From a virus: a stretch of DNA of 39,165 nt. The translations under genes were made by a program, and so were the position numbers. This document shows positions 23,089 to 31,442 of this stretch, piece after piece. Under the pieces are notes generated by a model. The model had not been told where the DNA came from. It saw only the letters and a list, made by a program, of their open reading frames with translations, and did no database searches. The stretch spans positions 1 to 39,165 of IMG/VR virus record IMGVR_UViG_3300027823_000003. One strand, written 5' to 3'. How positions within the stretch are numbered: the stretch's first letter is position 1; each line of letters begins with the position of its first letter.

Positions 23089-23808
23089 TTATATCCCTAA
23101 TCCTAAATTATACTTGACGTTAAGATACTGTCTAGCTAATAGGCCATCCCCTGAGCCGAAAGTGTGAACTCCCGTATAAATTAAGAATTCCGAAATCTTG
23201 CCGTTAAGATAGCCCGAACCTACATGGGTCGACCCCAGATAAAAAGGACTCGCTGGCACATTCGATAATGAACCTACTGTAGCTGAAGTGCTGTCAATTA
23301 TTAAAGTTCCTAACGCCGCTACAGAATCATAACTAACGCCCACCAACCGCTTACTCCCAAGGGTTGCACTCACAAGTGCGCCTGTGCTTGCGCCGTTAAA
23401 AATACCAACTTGCGGGGATGATCCCCCCTGCCATGTTGAGATGCTAGAAACTCCGTTAGTGTGTGTAAGCAGTGACCGATTTGCTGTCCATAAATCAAAC
23501 TCTACCACTATATAAAAAGTAAATGGCATGGCCGGACCGGACCGCGTGAAAAAATCATTAGTGCCGTCAAAATCTATCCCATTTAGCGTTGTGTCCAAAA
23601 CGGGTTGATTTGCACCCGTAGCTTGGGTAAGGTTCCGAGAATTTCCTGATAAATCCAAAAGCCCAGCTATAGAACCGCCATTCGTTGTCTGCCTAACCGT
23701 GCAGGCTGTGTCAGAATACACCTCCCCAGCGTGCCACCACCCCCAGAGGTTTGTAAGTGGAGGAGACCCTGCACCAGAGCCGCCCAGGCTATGAAAAAAC
23801 GCATACAT
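23089..23808 (-). CDS. Tail-fibre-associated protein with LamG/concanavalin-like pattern
   Basis: LDLSGNSRNLTQATGANQPVL...IDFDGTNDFF is typical of LamG-type lectin-fold domains in phage fibres. The gene directly follows the fibre gene. Confidence 0.5.
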   Translation of the reverse strand: MYAFFHSLGGSGAGSPPLTNLWGWWHAGEVYSDTACTVRQTTNGGSIAGLLDLSGNSRNLTQATGANQPVLDTTLNGIDFDGTNDFFTRSGPAMPFTFYIVVEFDLWTANRSLLTHTNGVSSISTWQGGSSPQVGIFNGASTGALVSATLGSKRLVGVSYDSVAALGTLIIDSTSATVGSLSNVPASPFYLGSTHVGSGYLNGKISEFLIYTGVHTFGSGDGLLARQYLNVKYNLGLGI

Positions 23809-25511
23809 CAGGCGTATCTCTTTCCACGATTAACATTCCATTTACCCTCTAAATATAAGCAGGTATAAATCCAGCTCTCCCCGCTTGGTATACTCTCCCC
23901 CGTAGCCGGTGCATACTCATCATTTTGCACCAAATAATCCGTGTTGTTAATGAAACTAAAATTCCTGGCACCTCCGCTAGCCGTCGCACGCAGTGTCACC
24001 ATTTGCCCTTCACGCGGATTGCTTAGGGTGAATATCACTGGTCCAGTTAGTGTAGCTGTCACCAGATGACTGAGTGCGCGTGATGCCAAATCAATAGTCT
24101 GATTAGTATTAATCGACCCCAGCACCGCGAGGCTTCGCAACAAATCCTGAATAAGTGTTTTGCGATTGACCGCCGCCGACACATCGAAGAACGGGATAAA
24201 ATCCGCATCCGCATCCACAGCCGCCTCAGTCGTCAGTCCATTAATATCCAGACCACCGACCACCGCCGCGCCACTCGACCTCATATAAGATACGCACCGC
24301 CAGTTACCGGCTCCCTCACTGATTAGCCGGGCTACATCACCCGCCGCCGTGGTAATGTTTGCGCCGCTAGGCAGAATCAAGGAGGTAGCGTTTTGGGTCA
24401 GCGTCAAAATTCCAGCAAACACTAAGACCCTATCCCGTCCAGCGTCCACCGAGTCAAAAGCCGTAATCGTCGTCGTGCCTGTCACCCTTAAATAACGGCT
24501 TGCACCAGCTCCGATATTGACCGTCGCCGCACTAGCTATGTCAGCCAAGGCGACACCCATAACATCCCAAGCCTGTAGGGCAGTCATGTCTTCGGGATCA
24601 CCAGCACCTGCGCTGCGACGGCCCTTAATTGTGGTGGTCGCCATATCCGCTAGCTTCGCGTTACTCACCGCATTGTCCGCTAGTTTCGTATTATTTACAG
24701 CCAAATTAAGAATGTTTTCTGTTCGCACTACGTCCAGGCCTAATACAGTCCCAGGTGTTGGGCTTAGCGGGGTGGCTGCGAGACCTAACTCAAATTTAGC
24801 CTGAGAAATAACAACGTGCTTACCGCTGGAATTCATCGAGCCGCTAGGCAGGCGCAGCACTATTTGTAGCCCGTTAGTCATATCGCTGAAGTCAGTTGCA
24901 TCTATCGTCACAGAGACCTTAGTCCATACCCCGTTAGCGCAGGCTTGCAAAGACGATGCGGATCTATTTGTAACCGCAGAAAATACATTAGCAGAATTGG
25001 CCGTATTCAGGCGCAACACAGGCACCAGCTCCGCACCCGTCCCATTGAAAATCCATGCACTGTAGGTAACAGAACGCCGCAGCCCCGCAGAAATGAAACG
25101 CGCAATCTCTTGTAGTATGTCGACGGTTGTCACGCCCGCATCCCCATCAATACGCAGGGCGTGCAGGCTGGCTGTGTTAGGCACTGTTGTAACACGGCTC
25201 GCAGAGACTGCGCCGCCAGTAGGCTCCGCTTGAAATGAGCTGTTGGTAAATGTTTTGCTCGCAGCAGGGCAGGTGATCGGCCCCGCTCCAGATAACCAAC
25301 TTGGCTCCTCGAAGTTTCCCGCCACCAAAAAATTCAGGTTATTAAACGAGGTTCCAACCACGCTTTGCAGTTCCAGAATGTTAAGCTCCCGCGAACCTAT
25401 AGCAGCTTCCGCCACTCGCGCCACAGGACGGCCTAACTGATTTAATTTATCTAATGTAACAGGCTCATTCTCGAAGCTATACCCCGGTGTTATTGTAATT
25501 TGTCCACTCAT
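23808..25511 (-). CDS. Tail fibre protein
   Basis: 567 aa. It contains the tandem fibre-repeat motif NNTKLADNAVSNAKLADMA (DNA repeat tccgctagcttcgcgtta / tccgctagtttcgtatta at about 24650-24700). It is rich in T/S/G/A/N. Confidence 0.7.
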   Translation of the reverse strand: MSGQITITPGYSFENEPVTLDKLNQLGRPVARVAEAAIGSRELNILELQSVVGTSFNNLNFLVAGNFEEPSWLSGAGPITCPAASKTFTNSSFQAEPTGGAVSASRVTTVPNTASLHALRIDGDAGVTTVDILQEIARFISAGLRRSVTYSAWIFNGTGAELVPVLRLNTANSANVFSAVTNRSASSLQACANGVWTKVSVTIDATDFSDMTNGLQIVLRLPSGSMNSSGKHVVISQAKFELGLAATPLSPTPGTVLGLDVVRTENILNLAVNNTKLADNAVSNAKLADMATTTIKGRRSAGAGDPEDMTALQAWDVMGVALADIASAATVNIGAGASRYLRVTGTTTITAFDSVDAGRDRVLVFAGILTLTQNATSLILPSGANITTAAGDVARLISEGAGNWRCVSYMRSSGAAVVGGLDINGLTTEAAVDADADFIPFFDVSAAVNRKTLIQDLLRSLAVLGSINTNQTIDLASRALSHLVTATLTGPVIFTLSNPREGQMVTLRATASGGARNFSFINNTDYLVQNDEYAPATGESIPSGESWIYTCLYLEGKWNVNRGKRYA

Positions 25512-25522
25512 ATTTTGTATCC

Positions 25523-27214
25523 TTAAACTTTAGTTTTTGTGTCTCTCTGTTTCTCAAAGCCTTCGACCGTCACAAATTTTACACCAACGCGGCCCTGACT
25601 TCCAGTGATTTCCACCGCCACCGACTCCGCCAGTTCTCGAATTTCCAAAGCCTCAATGCTTTCCTGTTCGCGCTCTGTCCACATGCCGGTTCTTACCCAC
25701 TCGCCGCCCGCCGCAGGTAGCACGCTGTAATCCTCGCGCTTTTCAAGGTTGGCGTCGTCATTAATATTAGTACTGTCATAAGGCTCGCGAGCATGGGTGA
25801 AATAAGCAGTACGGTCTCGGGTGATAATCAAATCCAAACCCTTCCGTTCCGCCACCCCCGGCTTAATCGCCGCAACACTAATAAACGGGTTCCATGTCTG
25901 GATGCCAATCCGCGTCCTGTTAAACCCCTTAAAATACTTTGAGCCGATTGCGTAAAATCGGGTGCGCAACTGATCAATCACATGCCAGCGTGAGCCGCCC
26001 ACATAATCATATTGTCCGTATTCATGTACTAGCACGCTCCCCAGACCGTTCGCCCGGTTACAAATCATCACCAACTTAGGCTCGCCCATCCACGAAATCT
26101 CCTCAAATCCCAGTATTTGCAGGCCGGCTTTTGCTCCCACACCATTCTCGTTTGCGTAATAATCTACAGACTCCCATGCGTTAGAGACCGTGTTCATCAC
26201 CACTACTACATTATTAGTTTCACTGCCGTCAATCGGTAGCGCAAGGTAATAATATTTACCCAGCACGGCACCCGCCGCGCAAGCCGCCGCATCCCAGTTC
26301 ACGCGCTCCATTAACGGCCTAATCTTTTCCGTGGCGGATACATCGGCTACATCCGTCCTATCTTGAACCACTTGTAGCACTCTATACACGCCGCCTTTGC
26401 TTAAAAATAAAACATCCCCCCCGATACGCACCGCGGATTTTGGGGCAACGCAGCCGCGAACATCACTAATAGAATCTATATATGCATCCGACATATTTCC
26501 CGAAACATTAAAAAACCCAGAAACGCTGTTTGACTTGAAAAGTAAGACCGTCCTATTTACCCACCTCATAACCCTAGTCAATTCATCACCGTCCCCTGCA
26601 TTGACTTTAAAATCAAATAAGGCCGCGTCATACTGATTAAATTCCAATATATCACTCACGGCCACACGATCCCGATTGTGTACCACTAGCAACCGATCCG
26701 CCACGGCTAACATTACCCGTGTATCAGGTATAGCAATAGTAGGCAGAGTGGGAGCGGGTAGAAAATTAAACTGCCCAGTCAAATCACCGTCCCAAGTTAA
26801 TGTCTTAGCTATACCCCGCCCCATTAAAACATGCTGAAAAACTTGCTCAAACACCACCGCGCCCACCAACGACTGCCCTACAGGCAGTCCGATTTTCACC
26901 GGATAAGTATCCTCTCGCATGGCAAAAACCCCATCCACCACCGCGATTAATAAATATTGCACGCCATTAGCAGGATTTTTAAACGTCCCGTGTCCGAGTA
27001 TTTGCCCGAAGGTCTCCAGGTTAAATTGCGCCGCCGCTGCACAACCACGTCGCGTCATAGCAACGCCGTTTTCAATTCTTTTATTTATCAGCATTGTTGC
27101 CCATCCCGCCGCTAGACTCTCGGCGGGTGACTCCATGTCAATGCCTACAAAACCCGCGTCTCCATCTTCTCTCAAAACATCCTCGCCGGGCCCGCTATAA
27201 CCCCAGCGACTCAT
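25523..27214 (-). CDS. Putative tail structural protein
   Basis: 563 aa. The call rests on size and position, between the lysis cassette and the fibre gene. Confidence 0.5.
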   Translation of the reverse strand: MSRWGYSGPGEDVLREDGDAGFVGIDMESPAESLAAGWATMLINKRIENGVAMTRRGCAAAAQFNLETFGQILGHGTFKNPANGVQYLLIAVVDGVFAMREDTYPVKIGLPVGQSLVGAVVFEQVFQHVLMGRGIAKTLTWDGDLTGQFNFLPAPTLPTIAIPDTRVMLAVADRLLVVHNRDRVAVSDILEFNQYDAALFDFKVNAGDGDELTRVMRWVNRTVLLFKSNSVSGFFNVSGNMSDAYIDSISDVRGCVAPKSAVRIGGDVLFLSKGGVYRVLQVVQDRTDVADVSATEKIRPLMERVNWDAAACAAGAVLGKYYYLALPIDGSETNNVVVVMNTVSNAWESVDYYANENGVGAKAGLQILGFEEISWMGEPKLVMICNRANGLGSVLVHEYGQYDYVGGSRWHVIDQLRTRFYAIGSKYFKGFNRTRIGIQTWNPFISVAAIKPGVAERKGLDLIITRDRTAYFTHAREPYDSTNINDDANLEKREDYSVLPAAGGEWVRTGMWTEREQESIEALEIRELAESVAVEITGSQGRVGVKFVTVEGFEKQRDTKTKV

Positions 27215-27774
27215 AATGCCCCCACTACTTGCCGGAATACCGCGTCAGAAACATCATCCTTGCGACCCGGCGCAATCGCCGCGTGCGTAGTAATCCACTC
27301 CCACTTAATGCCAAACTCCGCCATCCGCGCCCGCACCCACTCCACCGCGCTAGCTAGTTCAGGCTTCAGTAGTAACTTTTGCGGGCGTCCTACACCTGAA
27401 ACCGTGTCCCCAGTAAACGCCAGTCCGAGCATAAAATAATTGCAATACGGACGGGAATAAAAACTTGAGACGCCAGCGTGCCAAGCCACCCTATTATACG
27501 GGACGAATTCCACCCGCCGCCCGTCAGTGTTGATTAAACAATGGTATGATACTCGACTCTTGGCTTGTGTGATCCAACTTTGATCGCCAGCCCATGAGCC
27601 ACAACTATGGTGCAGTACGATGCCTTCAGGCTTTAGCACACCGCCAAGATTAGGGGAAGGCAAATAAGTTACATTAAAATTTTCGCTTGCAGCCTTAGCC
27701 CGCATCGTAGCCTTGACAGCGGGAGACCGCTTCAACACTCCGACTTTTTTAATGGATAATCCCCGGGCTTTCAT
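27211..27774 (-). CDS. N-acetylmuramoyl-L-alanine amidase (T7-lysozyme/PGRP type endolysin)
   Basis: EGIVLHHSCGS...VSYHCLINTDGRRVEFVP..RVAWHAGVS...MLGLAFTGD matches the Amidase_2 pattern. Confidence 0.8.
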   Translation of the reverse strand: MKARGLSIKKVGVLKRSPAVKATMRAKAASENFNVTYLPSPNLGGVLKPEGIVLHHSCGSWAGDQSWITQAKSRVSYHCLINTDGRRVEFVPYNRVAWHAGVSSFYSRPYCNYFMLGLAFTGDTVSGVGRPQKLLLKPELASAVEWVRARMAEFGIKWEWITTHAAIAPGRKDDVSDAVFRQVVGAL

Positions 27775-27782
27775 AATCTTGT

Positions 27783-28091
27783 TTAAAAATTTAAATCCGA
27801 CCGCGTTTGAGATTTCTTTAAAACCTCCTGAAGATCGCTATTCTCTTCAAGCAGATTCCTGTAAAGGCGTTCGGATATCCAAATCTCGTTTTGCGCCGGT
27901 GTGTAGATGCCAAGCCGCGCCTGCACTGGACTCCCTGCCTTCAAGGCCAGATAATCCGGCTGTGACAAAGGAGCCGAGTTTGAGGCGTCGCGCCCGCTGG
28001 ATGCGCATGCGCTCAGCATCAGCAAGCAGCTGAACATCACCGCCCGCACGCGTAATCTTGAATGCAACTTCGTATTTATCAGCAAGTTCAT
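27783..28091 (-). CDS. Lipoprotein, outer-membrane spanin (Rz1-like) candidate
   Basis: It has a signal peptide ending in the lipobox LSAC (RVRAVMFSCLLMLSAC|ASSG). The ORF starts inside the 27847..28203 gene in another frame and extends 64 nt past its stop (overlapped spanin architecture). Confidence 0.55.
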   Translation of the reverse strand: MNLLINTKLHSRLRVRAVMFSCLLMLSACASSGRDASNSAPLSQPDYLALKAGSPVQARLGIYTPAQNEIWISERLYRNLLEENSDLQEVLKKSQTRSDLNF

Positions 28092-28203
28092 CTATTTCCC
28101 TTTCGTTTTTTTCTAGTTCATCCAGCAGTTGCCGCCTCACTTTTAACTCCAACCACAGGCGCACAATACGGAGTATCTCCCCCACCGCGCCCCATGGTGT
28201 CAT
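27847..28203 (-). CDS. Coiled-coil protein, inner-membrane spanin (Rz-like) candidate
   Basis: It has a charged heptad-like region (RRQLLDELEKNEREIDELADKYE...AERMRIQRARR), an ATGA overlap with the upstream gene, and hosts the lipoprotein ORF. It has no convincing N-terminal TM helix. Confidence 0.4.
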   Translation of the reverse strand: MTPWGAVGEILRIVRLWLELKVRRQLLDELEKNEREIDELADKYEVAFKITRAGGDVQLLADAERMRIQRARRLKLGSFVTAGLSGLEGRESSAGAAWHLHTGAKRDLDIRTPLQESA

Positions 28204-28667
28204 CGTTTGACGCCTGTCAACTTAATGCTGGTAAGGTAGTCGATTGTCCAAATGATAATTTTGCCCACAACTGACGACTCAACCTTAGCTAGCCACGCAT
28301 CATCAGCAGGGTCCGGAGTGGATGCTATATAGCCCCGCACCGCAGAGACTAACGGTTTAATGACAACCCGTAGTGCGCCGACCAAGATCAATACAGTCCC
28401 CAGCCAGCTGTATTTATCCGTAAGCGTTTTTAGGAATCCTGGGAGTTCTATTTTAGCGGTCTCCAAAGGAGACGCAGATCCCACGCGCACATATTCCGTT
28501 GCCTCAGATTGAGCCACCATGTACATAGCGTCCTCGTGCAGTTGACCAGCAGACCAATTCAGCGCAACCGCTTGCGCAGAAGGTACAGGCTCCGTCTGGG
28601 CATTGACCATGTCCGCGCCTGCTAAAATTCCCGCTACCAATACTGTAATTCCAAACACACTTTTCAT
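28200..28667 (-). CDS. Membrane protein (possible holin-like component)
   Basis: The track ORF opens at 28751, but the ATG at 28667 follows AAGGAGAA. The N-terminus MKSVFGITVLVAGILAGADMVNAQ is signal/TM-like. There are two C-terminal hydrophobic segments (WLGTVLILVGALRVVI and VVGKIIIWTIDYL). Confidence 0.45.
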   Translation of the reverse strand: MKSVFGITVLVAGILAGADMVNAQTEPVPSAQAVALNWSAGQLHEDAMYMVAQSEATEYVRVGSASPLETAKIELPGFLKTLTDKYSWLGTVLILVGALRVVIKPLVSAVRGYIASTPDPADDAWLAKVESSVVGKIIIWTIDYLTSIKLTGVKR

Positions 28668-28716
28668 ATTTTCTCCTTTTTTATTTTCCGCGTTTACCAA
28701 AAAATCTATTAGGCGC

Positions 28717-29415
28717 CTACACTCTCGCACCATACCGCGCTTGCCGCCCAATTTGTAATCCGACCTTATCCGCCTCTTTAACTAGCAGATCTTCGGCGCG
28801 AGTTTCTTCCACGGTGGCCTTATCCGGTTGTCCGTCCTCTCTCAGCGCATCGCTCCAGACCGCCTGCTTAACGTAGCTCGCTAAAAAATCAGGGAACAAC
28901 ACCCGAACCCATGTCCCTGGAGTCATCACATCCGTATTACTATTTGCCGCTAAGGCCTTAAAACAATCCCCCGTTGACGCCTTATAAACCATATCCCCCA
29001 CCGTATACGAAAGGTTGGGCAGCCACGGTACGCTCGAAAAAATCGGGGCCTCTGTCCGGTAGTGAACCCAGCACTTGACTACTGGCCTAAATAACTGGAT
29101 ACCTTGCGGCCTCAGCTCCCAGTCCATCTCCCGCGGATTACGGACTTTATCAGGACTTGACGCATAGACTCCCAGCACCTGCCCTATGACTGGATGCCCT
29201 AGCTGATTAAAGCTAATAGTGTCCGCCACATCAGGCACGCGCTCCTCGATCCTGCATAGTGCAGGCCAATCTTGATGCTCCCACGCCTCCTTGACCCGCG
29301 AATTAATATATTCCGTCAACGTCTCCGCTTGGTCCGCTAATAAATTCTTAGACGGATCCACGCCCAGCCGCCGTGCCACGCCAAACAAAACAGACTTAAA
29401 TGTACACGTCTTCAT
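28717..29415 (-). CDS. Putative head-tail adaptor / tail tubular protein
   Basis: 232 aa. The call is by position only, downstream of the capsid genes. Confidence 0.45.
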   Translation of the reverse strand: MKTCTFKSVLFGVARRLGVDPSKNLLADQAETLTEYINSRVKEAWEHQDWPALCRIEERVPDVADTISFNQLGHPVIGQVLGVYASSPDKVRNPREMDWELRPQGIQLFRPVVKCWVHYRTEAPIFSSVPWLPNLSYTVGDMVYKASTGDCFKALAANSNTDVMTPGTWVRVLFPDFLASYVKQAVWSDALREDGQPDKATVEETRAEDLLVKEADKVGLQIGRQARYGARV

Positions 29416-29793
29416 CTATCTATACCCCACCATTATTTTGCCCGTCCCTGCCGACTTTACTTTGACTTCTGGATTACGCTTCTGCACGCTCCGCTTAAAA
29501 TCTTTATCGCCCCAACATTCTGGACCCCATCGCCGAATTGCCCATAAGTAATCCCCTAACGGCACCCTCATCACCAGCGCACCCAACCCCTCCACCGCGT
29601 GCCGTGCGACGCGGGACTCCTCCTGCGCCACCCGCTGTCGAGAAATTCCGTCTAGTACGGTCTTGACCTGAGATCCACGACGCAGCTCTTGCTCCCAGTC
29701 TCGGGAGAATCCTGGTAGCTCTTTGATTGCTCCAGCCTCAGCCTCAAAAATTTCGTTGTTTTCCATATAAAGAAAAGCCGGAGAGGAAGACAC
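29416..29793 (-). CDS. Putative head-tail connector-associated protein
   Basis: 125-aa ORF from GTG 29793 (SD GGAGAGG 6 nt upstream, both inside the terminator hairpin). An alternative ATG lies at 29766, just after the U-tract. Confidence 0.5.
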   Translation of the reverse strand: MSSSPAFLYMENNEIFEAEAGAIKELPGFSRDWEQELRRGSQVKTVLDGISRQRVAQEESRVARHAVEGLGALVMRVPLGDYLWAIRRWGPECWGDKDFKRSVQKRNPEVKVKSAGTGKIMVGYR

Positions 29794-29809
29794 TAAAAAC
29801 CTCTCCGGC
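29765..29809 (-). terminator. Rho-independent terminator after the capsid/decoration genes
   Basis: The minus strand reads GCCGGAGAGG-uuuuuagugucuu-CCUCUCCGGC followed by UUUUCUUUAU: a 10-bp G/C-rich stem (29777-29786 / 29800-29809) plus a U-tract. Confidence 0.65.
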
Positions 29810-29829
29810 CACCTTAACCCAAAACCAAA

Positions 29830-30261
29830 TTAGACGCCCGGATTAACCGAACCGATTTGTAGGATTATCCATAACTCTCCATCCGTGACCGTGGACAGCA
29901 ATTTATCTGCCGTACCCGTTAAGGTCAGATCGATTGTGTTTGCGCCATTGTAAACAAATGCATTATTGCTAACACCTGACACCGCGCTGCCTGCAATCAC
30001 TTGTATACCACCAAGATAACGGTTGGTAGATGTATCATCGCCGACGGAGGCTGTAATGCTAGTCAGTGTTCCATCGGATGAGACGAACGGTTTCTTAACA
30101 AAAATCGCCGCGCCCCGCACCGCGCTCCCACTAATTACATCCGCTATGGGCAAGACAAGTGTATTGCTCGATCCCGTCACAAAATCCTCTTTAGTAATTT
30201 GCACCGCGTAATTAAATCCCAACCGCTTCGCTTCAATATCCGATAAAGGCATTTTCTTCAT
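29830..30261 (-). CDS. Putative capsid decoration / minor head protein
   Basis: 143 aa, beta-rich and T/S/G/V-rich, with SD GGAGAA. It lies between the major capsid gene plus tRNA and the terminator. Confidence 0.45.
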   Translation of the reverse strand: MKKMPLSDIEAKRLGFNYAVQITKEDFVTGSSNTLVLPIADVISGSAVRGAAIFVKKPFVSSDGTLTSITASVGDDTSTNRYLGGIQVIAGSAVSGVSNNAFVYNGANTIDLTLTGTADKLLSTVTDGELWIILQIGSVNPGV

Positions 30262-30288
30262 ATATTGTATTCTCCAGTTATTTTAGTA

Positions 30289-30360
30289 TTGCCGGAGAGG
30301 GAATCGAACCCCCGTCCTCCAGGTTATGGGCCTAGCGAGCTACCACTGCTCCATCCGGCG
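30289..30360 (-). tRNA. tRNA-Met (anticodon CAT) with initiator (fMet) identity features
   Basis: The reverse complement folds as a cloverleaf: acceptor CGCCGGA/TCCGGCA (C1xA72 mismatch), D arm GAGC-AGTGGTA-GCTC (A11:U24), anticodon arm CTAGG-CCCATAA-CCTGG, variable loop AGGAC, T arm GGGGG-TTCGATT-CCCTC, discriminator A. CCA is not encoded. Confidence 0.85.
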
Positions 30361-30396
30361 ATAAAAATATTTATTTTAGTTTTTAAAAATCAACAA

Positions 30397-31404
30397 TTAA
30401 GTTGCGTTAATTTTGATGTTCCCTAGTGGGTTCTTACACACGAGAGCGACCATTGCTTGAGCGAAGCCTTTCGGTCCACCTCCGCCGTTAGGCAGGGATT
30501 TGATCGTAGGCAACTCAGCATAGCGGAGTTCGTGCATCAGCGGATCGATGATAAATCCCGCCTGATCCTGTAGCACAGACGTTTGTCCGACGCGAAGGAA
30601 CGCAGAAGGGATGATTTCTAATTCCGCCGCATCGCCGCTGTAGAAGTCCACCGTTGCGCAGACTTTGCGCGAGTCAGCAGATTGTGTGAATGTACGGACA
30701 GCCGCCACCGTTGCGCTCACGCCTTCAGACCACTTGGTGAAGTTTGAGATTGCTTGCTTGATGGATATGCCGACCACTGCCACCAGTCGTTGACGTTTTT
30801 TGACTTGCTTCCATCGTGCGTTTAACAAACCTTGTAGCGCAGTTTCGTTGAAGTTTGCTAATGTCCCAGCGTAAATCTGGGCCGCCGGAGTACGGAAGGC
30901 TTCAGCTACAGGTAGCTCAGCCTGAGCCGCAGTTTGTGTCCAGGAGCCGAGGCCACGGGTGATTGAACCGTTATCGCCATCGTCGGCACGGCTATCATCG
31001 GCGGACCCGAGTTGTTGTTCTATGGTTCGGCGAGCCACGAACAACGCCTTACGGCCTTGATCGCTGAATTCACCTTTAGAGCCGCCGGACAATCCAGCTA
31101 CTTCCGTGATGGAATCCGCGATAAATCCGACGCCAAAAGTTTCACGGAAAACTTGAATGCGACCTTGCGCCATAGTCCTACCCGCGGACTGGTTAGAGAC
31201 GCTGCTTACGTCCTGCCCGTCCGGCACACCTGTACGGCTACCTTCTTTGTAGGCGTCCATCTGCCACTCAAAGAGGGGATTCGTTGGCTTCTTTCCTTTG
31301 GGTAACATGGAAACTAAAGGTGTTTCCTCACTGTCAATATTAGCGATAAGATCCGCTAAGTCTTCTCTCTTCCCAGTTTGATTGCGTTCTGTCATTGCAG
31401 GCAT
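30397..31404 (-). CDS. Major capsid protein (HK97 fold type)
   Basis: 335 aa with strong SD AAGGAG. The N-terminal signature REDLADLIANIDSEETPLVSMLPKGKKPTNPLFEWQMD is typical of many HK97-like major capsid proteins. The gene follows a scaffold-like gene. Confidence 0.8.
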   Translation of the reverse strand: MPAMTERNQTGKREDLADLIANIDSEETPLVSMLPKGKKPTNPLFEWQMDAYKEGSRTGVPDGQDVSSVSNQSAGRTMAQGRIQVFRETFGVGFIADSITEVAGLSGGSKGEFSDQGRKALFVARRTIEQQLGSADDSRADDGDNGSITRGLGSWTQTAAQAELPVAEAFRTPAAQIYAGTLANFNETALQGLLNARWKQVKKRQRLVAVVGISIKQAISNFTKWSEGVSATVAAVRTFTQSADSRKVCATVDFYSGDAAELEIIPSAFLRVGQTSVLQDQAGFIIDPLMHELRYAELPTIKSLPNGGGGPKGFAQAMVALVCKNPLGNIKINAT

Positions 31405-31442
31405 ATAGATTTCTCCTTAATTTTTAAAATTGTTTTACGTTG

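Noticed and set aside
29777-30300. The shared 10-mer gccggagagg (terminator stem and tRNA 3' end) as an attP core or tRNA-gene remnant.
   Set aside because: Only 10 nt match, the site is far from the integrase, and no further tRNA-like sequence surrounds the terminator.
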